Part shown: positions 42,091 through 55,881 of the stretch, one piece after another
How the letters are laid out: the number at the start of each line of letters is the position of its first letter
Position numbering within the stretch: position 1 is the stretch's first letter
Assembly (NCBI RefSeq): GCF_006345805.1
Contig: NC_043003.1
Coordinates: 8,618,001 to 8,682,000 of the forward strand
DNA: 64,000 nucleotides
DNA from: Octopus sinensis
Taxonomy: Eukaryota
Direction of reading: 5' to 3'
Position numbers and translations under genes: made by a program
Notes under the pieces: model-generated
Told to the model about the DNA's origin: nothing
Database searches by the model: none
What the model saw: the letters and a program-made list of their open reading frames with translations, nothing else

Positions 42091-42454
42091 TATGAATTTG
42101 TGGTAAAACATTTTACCTTCGCTCATATAATACAATAAATGAATTAATTGCATCGCAATTCTTAACATTTATATATTAGCTTTATCGGGTGCTTTACTGG
42201 CAGTATATTGGATATATGTTATCCCATGGTGGGTTGCACTCACAGCCCCTATCTCAATTTGTAATATATATATATATATATGAGTAGTAGAATGACTTAT
42301 CTTGTTAAGGATAATTCGGTTAACCGATACCTGGGTAGCAAATTCACATCAGAGAAGACACGTTTAAAGCTACGTGCTTTCGTGTGGAAATTTGTATGTT
42401 TTTTTAAAAATATAAATATATGAAAGAATGGAGTTGAACGACGAATTAACAAAA

Positions 42455-42553
42455 TTCCTTTATTTTCGACATATGTTTCGAAGGCTGCATATTCCTAATT
42501 GCGAAGGAATAAGGAGTATATTATGCCGCTTTCTCATCAGGAAAAGCAAGGAA
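42455..42553 (-). ncRNA. Type I hammerhead ribozyme, family beta (left arm)
   Basis: Minus strand TTTTC-CTGATGA-GAAAGCGGCATA...TATGCAGCCTTC-GAAAC-ATAT-GTC-GAAAA; canonical core, 5-bp stem I with extension, long stem II. Confidence 0.75.
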
Positions 42554-42682
42554 CTTATGTCAACATCAAGATGCACAAAAAACTTTTAGATGACTGCTCA
42601 CACGGAGCCCATAGTGATAATCTATGGGCTCTGTGTGAGCAGTCATCTAAAAGTTTTTTGTGCATCTTGATGTTGACATAAG

Positions 42683-42779
42683 TTCCTTGCTTTTCTGATG
42701 AGAAAGCGGCATAATATACTCCTATTCCTTCGCAATTAGGAATATGCAGCCTTCGAAACATATGTCGAAAATAAAGGAA
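42683..42779 (+). ncRNA. Type I hammerhead ribozyme, family beta (right arm)
   Basis: CTGATGA 42695-42701, GAAAC 42755-42759, GTC 42764-42766. Confidence 0.7.
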
Positions 42780-42818
42780 TTTTGTTAATTCGTCGTTCAA
42801 CTCCATTCTTTCATATAT

Positions 42819-42873
<55 letters not shown>

Positions 42874-43912
42874 GTGTGTGTGTGTGTGGTGTGTTGGTGG
42901 TGTGTGTGTGTGTGTTGTGGTGGTGTTTTGAGTATATATATATTATATATATATATTCACACACTGACACGTATGTTTTGGTTGACAGCTAAATAATATG
43001 GTGTACCGTGTGCTGCAGTATATTCAAAAATATATCTAAAAAGAAACAGAAATAAAAAAAAAAGAACGAGAATAAGATAAAAAGAAGATGACGAAAGCAG
43101 AATCAAAAAAGGAGGAAGATAAAACGAACTGAAACAGCTTTAAAAGAAAAAAAAAAAAAAAACCGCATCTAAGTTGCTGAGCAATCAAAGCCGACTTCTG
43201 GCCTGCATCTTGAGGAATAATATACGTCATCACTTGTTCCCAGAAACTAGAATTGTAGAAATTCCATTACTGTCTGAGATGAGAAAAGAAGTATAACGAA
43301 TAAATAAAAACTAAATAGCGAATAGAAAGAAAAAGAAAGAAAATGAAACACGTCCCACGCTAAATATTAAGTTGGACTAAATATTTGTGTTTCGTTTTTA
43401 AAACATTCTCCCAGACTGACATTAAAGCTACAAAATATATTTATGCATTCGCATGCAGACACACTAACCAATAAACAATTCAAAGAGCAACGCTGGTGCA
43501 CATGACATAATTGACATACTAAGATCGCTTGTGAAACCAAACCTCTTGAGAAATGCTTCAGCGTTACTCAATATCCATCTCAGAAAAAGTTCTGCTACGG
43601 TTTTTAAGTTCTGCTGCAATGATATTTCAATAAACTCGCTAATTACTACAATGTAATCTTACTTTACGACATAATCTGTTTGTTGTAGTCAAGTTCAGTG
43701 TCTGAGGATTAATTTATGACAACGGAGCCAAGACAATGCAGTTACGTATCTAAATATATGCGCTTATGAGGCTCTCTCTCTCTCTCCTCTCTCTTTCTCT
43801 TCTCTTTATATACATGTATGTGTATGTATGTGTATATTTATATATACATACATACTTATGCTTATAGATATATATATGTATGTATATATGTATATATATA
43901 TATATCTACTTA

Positions 43913-43948
<36 letters not shown>

Positions 43949-44247
43949 TGTATGTATGTATGTATGTATGTATGTATGTATGTGTATATATATATATATA
44001 TATATATAGATAGATAGATAGAGAGACAGAGAGAGAGAGAGAAACATAGAGAGAGATAGTTACATACTTGTACATGCATTTAGGCGCAGGCGTGGTTTTG
44101 TGGTAAAAAGTTTGCTTCTCAGCCGCATGGTTCCGGGTTCAATCCCACTGCGTGGCACCTTGGGTGCCTTCTACCATAACCTCGGGCCGACCAAAGCCTT
44201 GTGAGTAGATTTCGCAAACGGAAACTGAAACAAGCGTGCCGTGTACA

Positions 44248-44278
<31 letters not shown>

Positions 44279-44290
44279 ATATATATATAT

Positions 44291-44323
<33 letters not shown>

Positions 44324-45237
44324 ATATTATATATATAAAGTGTTGTGTGTGTGTTTGTGTTTGTGTGTTTGTGTTGTGTGTTTGTGTGTGTGTTGTGTGT
44401 GTATGTGTGTGTGTGTGTGTGTGTATGTGCGCGTGTGTTGTGTGTATTTGTGTGTTTTTGTGTAGAGGCGCAATGGCCCAGTGATTAGGGCAGCGGACTC
44501 GCGGTATTAGGATCGCAGTTTCGATTCCCAGACCGGGCGTTCTGAGTGTTTAGTGACCGAAAACACCTAAAGCTCCACGAGGCTCCGGCAAAGGGTGGTG
44601 GCGATCACTGCTGAACTCTTTCGCCACAACTTTCTCTCTCACTCTTTTTTCTGTTGGCCTGCTCGCTTAGTCAGTAGGATGGCGTCATTTGAAGACTAAA
44701 ACAATGCGAAGCGCATTGTGACCAGCGATGTGTAGCAACATCTGATAGCGTGGTCGGTCACGGTGTTCACGGTGATATATATATATATATATGTGTGTGT
44801 ATGTGTGTATGTGTGTGTGCGTGCGCGCGCGCACGTCTATGTGTTTGTGTCTGTGCCCCCCCCACCGTAACGGTTATATTTAATATTGTTTTTCGCTGTA
44901 TTGAGTATTCGTTTCCTTTTGGCATCTGTTATCTTTTTTATTAATGATCTTCCATATAAATGAAGCTATATCCTTTAATTTGTTGCTTTTATTTACGCGA
45001 ACCGAGAAGATAACTTGCGGAACAGTTGTTATTTTAACGAGTTATACCTAATTTTCACCCAAAGAGACACATCTACACCGACGGATGTTCCTAAACCTGT
45101 TGTTAAGTATCTCACCTGCGAGAGATCGATGCTGGATGGGTCAAAACAATTGTAGTAATTAATAAAAATTCTCGTACCTCCCAAATATACAACGAACTCT
45201 GTGAAAGTGAAGATGCTTAACCCTACTATTTATTATC

Positions 45238-45289
<52 letters not shown>

Positions 45290-46353
45290 TCTTTTACTTG
45301 TTTCAGTCTTTTGCTTGCGGCCATGCTGGAGCACCGCCTTTAGTCGAACACATCGACGCCAGGACTTATTCTTTGTAGGCCTAGTACTTATTTTATCGGT
45401 GTCTTTTGCGGAACCGCTATATTACGGCGACATAAACACACCATCAGTTGTCAAGCGACGGTGGGGAACAAACACAGATACACAAACACATACATATACA
45501 TATATACGACGGGCTTCTTTCAATTTCCGTCGACCAAATCTACTCACAAAGCATTGGCCGGGCCAAGGCTTTTGTAGAAGACACTTGCCAAAGGTACTAA
45601 GCAGTGGGGCCGAACCCGGAACCATGTGATTGGGCTGCAAGCTTCTTACCACACAGCCAAGCCTGCGCCTGTAGTGAAAGAAATTAGAGGTTAAAGAAAT
45701 TTAAACGAATACTTTGCTCAATGTTGGTGTAAAACAAAATGTCAAGTGATGAAAATTGTAACCTTGATTAAAGTTATGTAACAACTTTCTTTATTCTTCT
45801 CATCTGATAACTAAACATACATACGTAATGCATAATACATACATACATACATACATTGATACATACATACATACACACACATATACGTACATACATACAT
45901 ACATACATACACACACATACATACATACATACATACATACATACATACATACATACATACATACAAGCATACACACACATACATACATGCATACATGTGT
46001 GTGTATGTGTTTGTGTTTGTGTGTAGATGGTCATATATTTCTTGACCATGCAGCCACCGACTTACTTTTCTTTTGATTATGCGTCCCTTCCTCTTTTTCC
46101 ACATTTCTAGACTTTCTTCCTTCATCCAACAAAGAGCCATGGTCGGAACGTCATATTTTTATTCATAATATTCCATCTAAAACTTTCACCGAACGTCAAA
46201 CTAACACTCGAGTTTTTGTCGCTTTTTTGCACACACACACACACACACGCACACACTCACACACACACAAGCATACACACACACACGCACACACACACGC
46301 ACACATGCACATACAAACACACACACACACGCACACACACGCACACACACTCA

Positions 46354-46397
<44 letters not shown>

Positions 46398-46989
46398 TAC
46401 TCATAAATATATAATGATTTGCTTTCACAGAATATCAATTGTGTTGTCAACGTGTGGAGGTTATGCATTGTCAGTGAACGACCGGCATAAATAATATCCA
46501 TTTCATTTGAACTATTATTCATGGTATTTGAATGGAATATTTTGCCGTGACTTCATTTCACGCCATTGGAGCCCATATGCGGTAACCGCCTTGCTAGAAG
46601 TACCAGCAGTGTTATCTAAGCAAACGACCCAATGGACAACGTAGTCTTTGACATAGCACTGAAATGACAGGAAGGACATCACTGGAATGTCTTTGAACAA
46701 AGACATTGTTTACGCATCGGAACCGATAAACATAAAAGGGTGGAGAAATGAAAAGAAAAATTATAAAGCGGAACTAAAGAAGAGGCGCCAAAAATATACT
46801 TTTGTCAGTCACAAAGAACAATTTTTGGAAAACGCTATTTAAAATGTATCTATTATGCAATGCATACTTGAAAATTGCGAATTAAATTTAAAAAGAAGAG
46901 CGCTGCTGCGAAATACATTAACTGCGGTTCGTAGTTAACCAATCAAAAGATTTTCCATTTAAAAAGTATGTATTATAGAAATTGCAAAT

Positions 46990-47405
46990 GGCAGCGATCT
47001 TGTAGAATCGTTTGCACGCAGGACAAAATGGTTGACGATATTTCGTCTCTATTTCCGTTCTGAGTTCAAATTCCGCCGAGGTCGACTTTGCCTTTCATCC
47101 TTTCGGGGTCGATTAAATAAGCACGAATTACGCTCTCTGGTTGATATAATCGGCTTAATCCGCTTGTCTGTCCTTATTTGTCCTCTCTGTGTTTAGCCCC
47201 TTGTGGGTAGTAAAGAAATAGGTATTTCGTCTGCCGCTACGTTCTGAGTTCAAATTCCGCCGAGGTCGACTTTGCCTTTCATCCTTTCGGGATCGATTAA
47301 ATAAGCACCAGTTACGCACTCGGGTCGATATAATCGATTTAATCCGTTTGTCTGTCCTTGTTTGTCCTCTCGGTGTTTAGCCCCTTGTGGGTAGCAAAGA
47401 AATAG
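46990..47405 (+). mobile_element. SINE family A, head plus two units
   Basis: Family motifs and the standard junction. Confidence 0.8.
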
Positions 47406-47428
47406 AAATGATATATCGTCTCTATTTC

Positions 47429-47528
47429 NNNNNNNNNNNNNNNNNNNNNNNNNNNNNNNNNNNNNNNNNNNNNNNNNNNNNNNNNNNNNNNNNNNNNNNN
47501 NNNNNNNNNNNNNNNNNNNNNNNNNNNN
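47429..47528. other. Assembly gap (100 N)
   Basis: Direct inspection; true size unknown. Confidence 1.
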
Positions 47529-50462
47529 AGGTTTACAGGAACCGGATTAGCGAGTTAATTAAGAGGGCGCTGACGGGAGCGATCGTTAACAACCGCTGGT
47601 ACGCCTGAAAATGGCAATAAAATCGGAATCAATTAGGTTAGCAAGGAATTAGCGATAGAACGAAATAGGTAGAGGGAGACTTAGTTAAGAAACTAGAAAG
47701 GCACTTACCACTGGCAGCGCAACCAACGGGCTGGCTGCGAGGATGGCCCTCGACCAACACCTCAACGCCAAGCACGAAGGTTGGTCGTCTTCAGAGCTAA
47801 AATGCGTGCCTTAAGGAACGAAGGAATTGAAGCTGCGCGAGAGGCCCGGGTAGCGGAGGCGCAGCGTGGCAACAGATCAACCATTCGGTCTCTAATAGAT
47901 CCAACAGGGATGCAGTTTTACTCGAACCCGAAAGGATGTTGAGGCCTTTCAACAGCACTTTGCTCGACTGTTTGGTGCGAGTGGTGGGTCGGAACGAGGG
48001 ATGGATTCAGTGCCTACCTGACCGACCTGCCGCGGCTCTCGGCAAGAGAAGCGGAGTGTTTGTGAAAGTCCCATCACAGCCGCTGACGTGTGGGATGCGA
48101 TGGCGGGCTGCGCGAGGGATAAGTCGCCTGGATTGGATGGTTTACCCTACGAGCTGTATTGTCGAATGCCAGACTTGTTTTGGCGACCTCTTGGCATCAG
48201 TCTACTGCAACTGGCAACAAAACGGAGAATCCCCGGTTTCGTGAGCCGAGGTGCAGTGACGTTGCTGAAGAAAGACTCAAACAGGGGAATTTATAGATAA
48301 TTTCAGGCCCATCACTCTGCTCACGCAGATTTGAAATTTTTGCCAAAGTAATAGCCGAGAGGTTGGCGCTTGTCATTGGTAAACTGGTCGACAGGGCGCA
48401 AACAGCGCCGTGCCGGCAGAACCATACATGACACCCTCCATCTGATGCCTACATGTGGACAGGGTAGTTAAGGATCCTGGCATGGGTGGGGGCGCTGATA
48501 AATTTGGATCATCTAAAGCCTTCGATAGGGTCGACCATCGGTTACTTGGCGGCCGTCCCCAGGCGGCTGGCTTCGGTCCCTCTTCCGCGGTTGGATCGCT
48601 GCCTGTATAGCGGCATCCGATCGTGATTCGAGTGAACGGTCACCTGTCGAAACCGTTTGACATCACGCGTTCGGTCCGTCAGGGGTGTCCCCTGTCGGCG
48701 CTTCTTCTGTATGTATTGACTCTCGAGCCGCTACTGCGGAAGCTGGCGACACTGAGGGGCATCCCCGGGAACTGGGTTGCGGGACGAGCGTGTCGGCATA
48801 TGCGGACGATGTCACCGTCATAGTGTCGAGCTACCAGCAATCGATCTGGTCGGCGAGACCTAAGAAACATGAAACGGTGACGGAGCAAAGATAACCCGGA
48901 AAGTCAGTGGGTTTGCTACTCGGACCTGGAGAAGCAAGCCCATGCCGTCGGCTCAGTAGTGGGACGCTGGACGGACGGACCGGTTAAATTGCTCGGGGTC
49001 TGGTTCAGTCCGGACCTCCAAATGGATAAGAACTGGGACGAGATCACGAGTAGAGTGGTCGCTCTCAGCCAAACATGGGCCGAGAGAAAGCTGTCTCTAA
49101 AAGGCCGGGCGGAGGTGGCGAACGCGTACATCGCATCCTCCGTCATCGATTACCGCCTGACCGTCGTACCTTGTCCCGACGCCACCATCACCAACTGGAA
49201 CGCATACTCTTCCGCTTCGTGGAAGGGTGGCGTTCCGATGGTGAGGAAGTCCATTTGCTGTCAACATCCGTTGAATGGAGGACTGGGCATGCCGTGGTTG
49301 ATGATGCGCAGGCATGCGCTGAGACTGGCGACATCTCTGGAATTCATCGACGACGGTGAACAGGTGGGCGCCGTTTGTGAGGCGCGCTTCCCGCAGCTCG
49401 TCTCACTGACCGAACTGCAAACGTGGATCAAAAAGAGACCGAAACTGGGCGATTGGCACCGAGAGTGTCGCCAAGCTCTACAAGCAGCTCTGTGCGACCG
49501 GGTCAAACTTGTGCAACTTCCAAACGACTAAAGCGTTCTATAGAGGACTAGTGGAGGGGAGGTCCGACGACACACTCGGGGCAAACCTGGGCGTCCGACG
49601 AGGAATTCCTAACCGCCTGTTCAGGACGACGTTCGGGCCGGGGCCTATGGATAATTCCAGAAATCCTGGCTTGGCAGTGCTATCGAGACGCACTACCTGT
49701 TCGAGAGAAGAGCTACAGACACGGTTCGAAAACCATCACCGGACCGACCTGCCCGAGATGCGGTCAGAGCGACGAAACCGTTCTGCACGCACTCGTGCAG
49801 TGTCCAGATATTTCAGAGCTGTGGTCCTTCGTCGAACAGCTGTTGTCACGTGTAGGTCAGGCTCGCCTATCGGCCGAGTCTTCGTGAATATTGTTCCACC
49901 ACCTTCCTTTAACGGGAAGGGAAAACGGTTTTTCGTTACGCTGATGGCTATGGCGAAAGAATGTGTATGGTGGACGCGTTTTGAAAGGACTGCAAACAAA
50001 CACCTTCCTCTCTGGTCAGTCTCTCGTCAACTTTTTCAAGTACCACTTGAAAGGAGGATGAGAATAGAGAGGAAGGGTTGTCGAACGAATGTTTTAATAA
50101 AAGTGGGTAAAAGTGGCAAAAATGGTCAGTATGAAAGACGACACTATTTTAAGCATAAATCTGTAACCAAAAGAGACAACGAGAAGTAAGCGACTTACTC
50201 ATGTGTTCTTTTCGAACTGTCTGAGGTGACCTGGTCTTTTTTGTAGGTTTTTCTTTCAAGGCTACACCTAAACTGTGAACCTTATATATATATATATGTG
50301 CTTTTTTATTACACCACACACCCACAGATCTCTATTGATCAAACGTTTTTTTTTTTTTTTTTTTTTTTTGCCCCACCCGCCCACCTCGAAAGAAAAATTC
50401 TACATTGTATTTCGTCCATTTTTATTCTGTGTTTAGCCCTGTGTGTGCTACAATAAAAAGTA

Positions 50463-50463
<1 letters not shown>
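47529..50463 (+). mobile_element. Tx1/L1-clade LINE: ORF2 RT and zinc-knuckle region plus 3' UTR; 5' end in the gap
   Basis: KSPGLDGLPYELY (~48120), FRPITLL (~48300), SKAFDRVDH (~48515), SVRQGCPLSALL.YVLTLEPL (~48670), AYADDVT (~48800), WAERKLSLKGR, GGLGMP, CPRCGQSDETVLHALVQC (~49750); aataaa at about 50452 then (ATCT)n. Many single-base frameshifts. Confidence 0.9.
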
Positions 50464-50536
<73 letters not shown>

Positions 50537-50537
50537 T

Positions 50538-50627
<90 letters not shown>

Positions 50628-51282
50628 TTTATCTATCTATCTATCTATATATCTATCTATCACTTCTATCTATCTATCTATCTATCTATCAATCGATCTA
50701 TATGTATGTTTATATATATACTTTTTGTTAGAGTCGTAAGCCGCACTCTAAATTTTCCAGATAAAAAATAGCGGCTTATAACACCGGAAAAGACGGTAAT
50801 TGTAGAGGCAGTAACAAGTTCGCTCGCTGTTTGCTAGTGGCTGTCTGCCAGTAGGGAGGGAAAGTGTAAGGAATGCAGGGTGCTGACTAGAAAGGAAGAA
50901 AGGATAATGATAACATCGTCTTCGCTCGACATAGATGACCCGGAAGTTGTTCTTCTTTGATTACTATCGCAAACAGTAGTAGCTTTCTTCAACTGTATAC
51001 ATATCGTTGAATGGTTGAAATTACCCTAAACAACTTCTAACTACCCTATATAAATTCTAAAGTGCGAAATTTTATCAAAACTTTTCAAAGTAAACCGTGT
51101 TCTCGGTGAGAAATTCCACCAGTATACAAAGTTTCAGACTGTTTAGTAAAAAAAAAATAATTAAAAAAATCTGTGGGCTAAACTGAACAGATGCCACGAT
51201 TATATAATATATATATATATAAATAAATATAAATATATATATATAAATTAATACACACACACAAACACACACACACACACAC

Positions 51283-51368
<86 letters not shown>

Positions 51369-51462
51369 GCCCAGGGTGACTTCACGAAAACACAAAAGAC
51401 GAAGACAGGTTGTGTAGACAAAATACAGATGTATTAGATTAACGCTCGGGAAGCGAAAAAGT

Positions 51463-51498
51463 CCTTAACGTTTCGAGCCTATGCTCTTCCACAGAAAG
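51463..51498 (-). ncRNA. Hammerhead-like motif, family alpha (element about 51372-51540)
   Basis: Minus strand CTTT-CTGTGGA-A-GAGC(atag)GCTC-GAAAC-GTT-AAGG. Confidence 0.55.
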
Positions 51499-52544
51499 AT
51501 ACAAGGAGAGAAAATAAAGAATATGTAGTGGCTAGCGATCGAGCTTCTTTCAATTTCCGTCTACCAAACTACCAGACTGCACCCCTGAAACCATGTGATG
51601 GGGAAGCGAACTTGTTAGCACACAGCCAATCCGTTTTGTAAAAACAAAAACAAAACAAAAATCCTTCAGGTTTTTTTCGTAAGCAAGTTCCGCAATGGTT
51701 ATAGCTGGAAACCTAAAAGAATAATCATAATAGTCCTAATAGAGAAACAAAAGCTCCAAGTCCTGTAACAACTGACTTTAAATGTTTCTCTCTTGTTTCA
51801 CATTATGTAGCAATCGAGTCAGCTTTCCTATGCAATGCCACAATGGACATTTTTTCTCTTTTTCTTTTCTTTTTAAAAAAAAATTTTTGTCTGGCTCGAA
51901 ATTACAATAACTGGGTTATTAAGCAACATTTTTGTAATTTTTTTTTTATAATGGAATGTGCCATTAATGTATATTTGCTTTCATATGGACAAATCCATTC
52001 ATTATTATTAGTATATATTCTTAATTTGTAGTTGCGAAATGCGTCAAGGGTGGAGGATAGGATTGTTGTTAAATTGACATGCCTTTTGTTGAAATGTTAG
52101 TTTTCGCGTATTCTCTCAGAGGTCTTTTACAATAGCTTGGCATAACTGACATCCATTACTACAACTAGTAATCTGCATAATGTTGTTTTCATCCGTGTTT
52201 TTTAAATATCAAATGGCTTAGTGGTTAGGGTGTTGCTCTCATACCTGCTAGATCGTGGGTTCGGTTCCCGGACGCTATGTTCTTGAGTAAAACACTTCAT
52301 TTCAGGTTGCGCTCCAGTGTCCACTAAGTTGTAAACAGGTGTCACTGCAACATAACAAGCCTTCCAGTCAGGAGGAAGTCGGCCTGCTCGCCTAGCTAAA
52401 ACGATGCAAAGCGCATTGTGACAAGCGGTGTATAAAATCTCCGATCGTCTGGTCTAGCATGTGATCACATGATTTAATTAGATATATCTTGTCTCTTGGA
52501 ACCCCAAAGCAAATTTTTTAGGGGTGTGAATAATATTCTTTCTA

Positions 52545-53160
52545 ATTTTGGCACAAGGCCAGCAATTTTAGGGGTCCGGGTGAGTCGATTACATCGACCC
52601 CATTGTTCAACTCGTACTTTTTTATCGACCCCGTAAGGATGGATGGTAACGCCACCACGGCGGAATTTGAAATCAGAATATCAAGCCGGAAGAAATTATG
52701 CAAAGCATAGTATCCGGCGTGCTAATGATTCAGGCAGGTCGACTCCTTAAAGAGTGTAAATAATGTTGCTTTCAAATTTTTGCACAAGGCCAGCAATTTT
52801 GGGGAAGGGTAAATCGATTACATCGAACCCATTGCTCTACTGGTGCTTATTTTATCAATCACGAAAAGATGAACGGTAAAGTCGACCTCGGCGGAATTTG
52901 AACTCAGAACGTAACGGCAGACGAAATACCTATTTCTTTACAACCCACAAGGGGCTAAACACAGAGAAGACAAACAAGGACAGACAAACGGATTAAGTCG
53001 ATTACATCGACCCCAGTGCGTAACTGGTACTTATTTAATCGACCCCGAAAGGATGAAAGGCAAAGTCGACCTCGGCGGAATTTGAACTCAGAGCGTAGCA
53101 GCAGACGAAATACCGCTAAGAATTTCGCCCGACGTGCTAACGTTTCTGCCACCTCAACAC
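52545..53160 (-). mobile_element. SINE family A cluster (old copies plus a 2-unit array)
   Basis: Family motifs. Confidence 0.8.
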
Positions 53161-53958
53161 CTTAAAAAGTGTGATTCATCATATTACGATTCTCAGATGT
53201 GATTTACAGTACCGGTTTCATTTATACTTATTCATCATCATCATCATCCATCTTCAAAACATTGTTTCGAGTCGTAGAATTCACAGGAATTGGTTTCCAT
53301 GGTATATAAATGAATCACTGTAACGCCCCCTGAATGAGACGCCAGTCCGTTGCAGGGTCACTTATTTACATCTGAGAAGACTGGAACGACGTGAAATAGA
53401 GTGCTTTGCTTAGAAACACAGCACTTTGCCTGGCTCGGGAAAAGAAACCGCAATCTTGTGATCGCAACCACTAGGCCACACGTCTTCGCATATAAATTCA
53501 TGTTTTAGATACACACGCTGAATGAGGAGTATCGCTGACCAAGCATTTCGGCCTTCTCGGGATTGTTAAAATAAGAACCAGCTAAGTACCGGATCAATGT
53601 AATTAATTAACCCCTTCTTGCTTCAAAAGAGTTGGTCTTGAACCGCACAGTGGAACTGAACCATTAGGCATTTGGTTGGGAAGCAAACTTCTTACCACAC
53701 ACCCAACACACTTCTTCTGGAATTGATCCAGAGGACGGGCTTTTCTTTTGTGTGTTGTTTTTGTGAACGACATTTTTCCCTGCTGGAGCACCGCCTTTAG
53801 TCAAACAAATAGACTCCAGGACTTTCTTGTAAACCTAGTGCTTATTCTATCGGTGACTTCCACCGAAATGCTAAGTGACGGGGACGTAATCACACCAGCA
53901 TCGGTTGTCAAACGATGTTGGGGGGACAAACGCAGACACAAACATATATATGTATATA

Positions 53959-53989
<31 letters not shown>

Positions 53990-54133
53990 CACAAACACAC
54001 ACACACACACACACACACACCACACACACATATATATATATAGGGAGAGTTTATGAAAAAAACAAAAGACGGAGACAGATGCTGTACAAAAACAAACAGA
54101 TGCATTAGTATAACGCTCAGGAATAGAAAAAGT

Positions 54134-54168
54134 CTTTTACGTTTCGAGCCTACGCTCTTCTACAGAAA
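54134..54168 (-). ncRNA. Hammerhead-like motif, family alpha (element about 54045-54205)
   Basis: Minus strand CTTT-CTGTAGA-A-GAGC(gtag)GCTC-GAAAC-GTA-AAAG; perfect 4-bp stem I. Confidence 0.6.
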
Positions 54169-54567
54169 GGGACACAGAAAAAACGAGAGAGAAAAGGAGA
54201 GAAAAAAGGAGATATACACACACACACCCACATATATATATACTCTCTTTTACTTGTTTCAGTCATTTGACTGCAGTCATGCTGGAGTACCGCCTTTAGT
54301 CGAGCAAATCAACCCCAGGACGTATTCTTTGTAAGCCTAGTACTTATTCTATCGGTCTCTTTTGCCGAAACACTAAGTTTCGGGGACGTAAACACACCAG
54401 CATTGGTTGTCAAACGATGTTGGGGGGACAAACACAGACACACAAACATATATATATATATATACAATCAACAATTGAGGGTAAAATTAATTAATTAATC
54501 AATTTCACCAAGTGTTCAGTATGTAAAAGGACCATTTAAGGCGAATTCAAAATTTTACATTATATAA

Positions 54568-54740
54568 TTAGGGCTTAGTAAAATAAATTACTTTGCCACA
54601 TACTGAACTTAGTAGAAATAGCAGCCAAAAAAATTTTCTTAGCATTTCTGAAATGCTAAGAAATTTTTTGGCTGCTATTTCTACTAAGTTCAGTATGTGG
54701 CAAAGTAATTTATTTTACTAAGCCCTAATTATATAATTAT
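54568..54740. repeat. ~170-bp near-perfect palindrome
   Basis: ttatataattagggcttagtaaaataaattactttgccacatactgaacttagtagaaatagcagcc... mirrored around ttagcatttc/gaaatgctaa. Confidence 0.9.
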
Positions 54741-54754
54741 TATATACTATATGA

Positions 54755-54787
<33 letters not shown>

Positions 54788-54811
54788 CTTCATCCTATAT
54801 TAATAGTATAT

Positions 54812-54846
<35 letters not shown>

Positions 54847-55834
54847 GATGGGCTTCTTTCAGTTTCCCTTAACCAAATCCACTCACAATGCTTTGCTTGA
54901 CCTGAGGCTATAGACACTTATACAAGGTGCCACGCAGTGGGACTGAACCGGGAACCATGTGATTGGTAAATAAGCTACTTAACACACAGCCACTCCTGTG
55001 CCTATGTGTACAAGACAATATTGATATATCTGTGAACAAAGAAAGGAAAAATCAGGCATCATTCATGTGGACGCATGTGTCAAAATGACATTAAAAAAAT
55101 GGCTGCTATGTTGTCAAACAGCGTTGAGAAATAGTCCATCGACTCTTTCATCGACTGGCGTAATATCTCGAAACTTACGCACGAATTTCGGGAATGTATT
55201 CGCACTCCCCTACTCTGGTATGAATGTTATGGGTTTCACAATCCCTGCTTACGTTTAACCAAATACATCTTGTAGTTATATTACAATAAAGGAATTTCTG
55301 AGCCATCAAACAGGTAGGACGACATTTCTTTTCTACTTAGTAAATAAAAATAACAACAACAACAATCCCCAAACAAACCAAAAACAAAAGCCAAAAATAC
55401 TATTGAGCAAAGTGACTTAAAATAGAAAAATATCACGATAAAAAAATCGCTACGTCATGGTAAACAGAACTAACGAGTTTCATCCATTACACCTTTGTAA
55501 GTATTTGCATTACCTCCTCGATATGATCTCATTTAGAAAACTTGGTTTTTGCCCGGTTTTTATATTTCACGTGAACTACGACGGCTACACAAATTCATTT
55601 ACATAAAATATTTACGCAGTCATATACCGAGTGTACTTCCGTACGCGCGCGTGTGTGTGTGTGTGATACATACATATATGTATATATGTATATGTATACA
55701 TATGTGTGTGTATATATATACACACACACATTACCTTAGCTGTTAAGTATTCACCCCCTTACTATATCTACATCTGTCTATCTATCTATCTCTATTTATA
55801 AATACACACACCAATATACATATATATATATATA

Positions 55835-55881
<47 letters not shown>

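Larger units (their letters stand above)
42415..42819. repeat. 405-bp palindrome with 7-nt loop (42615-42621)
   Basis: Arms differ by two 1-bp indels and one substitution; the right arm abuts (TA)n. Confidence 0.95.

Noticed and set aside
45116-45198. Minus-strand 83-nt candidate exon (ttcacag|...cag|gtgaga; FVVYLGGTRIFINYYNCFDPSSIDLSQ), joinable to a candidate near 46604-46658
   Set aside because: No recognisable homology, the upstream donor is weak, and it overlaps aaaacaattgtagta, a remnant of the hammerhead-bearing repeat also seen at 22.8 kb.
50728-50798. Pogo/Tc-like terminal sequence (ttaccgtcttttccggtgttataagccgc on minus)
   Set aside because: Only one end is visible, with no partner TIR or TA TSD; insufficient to call.
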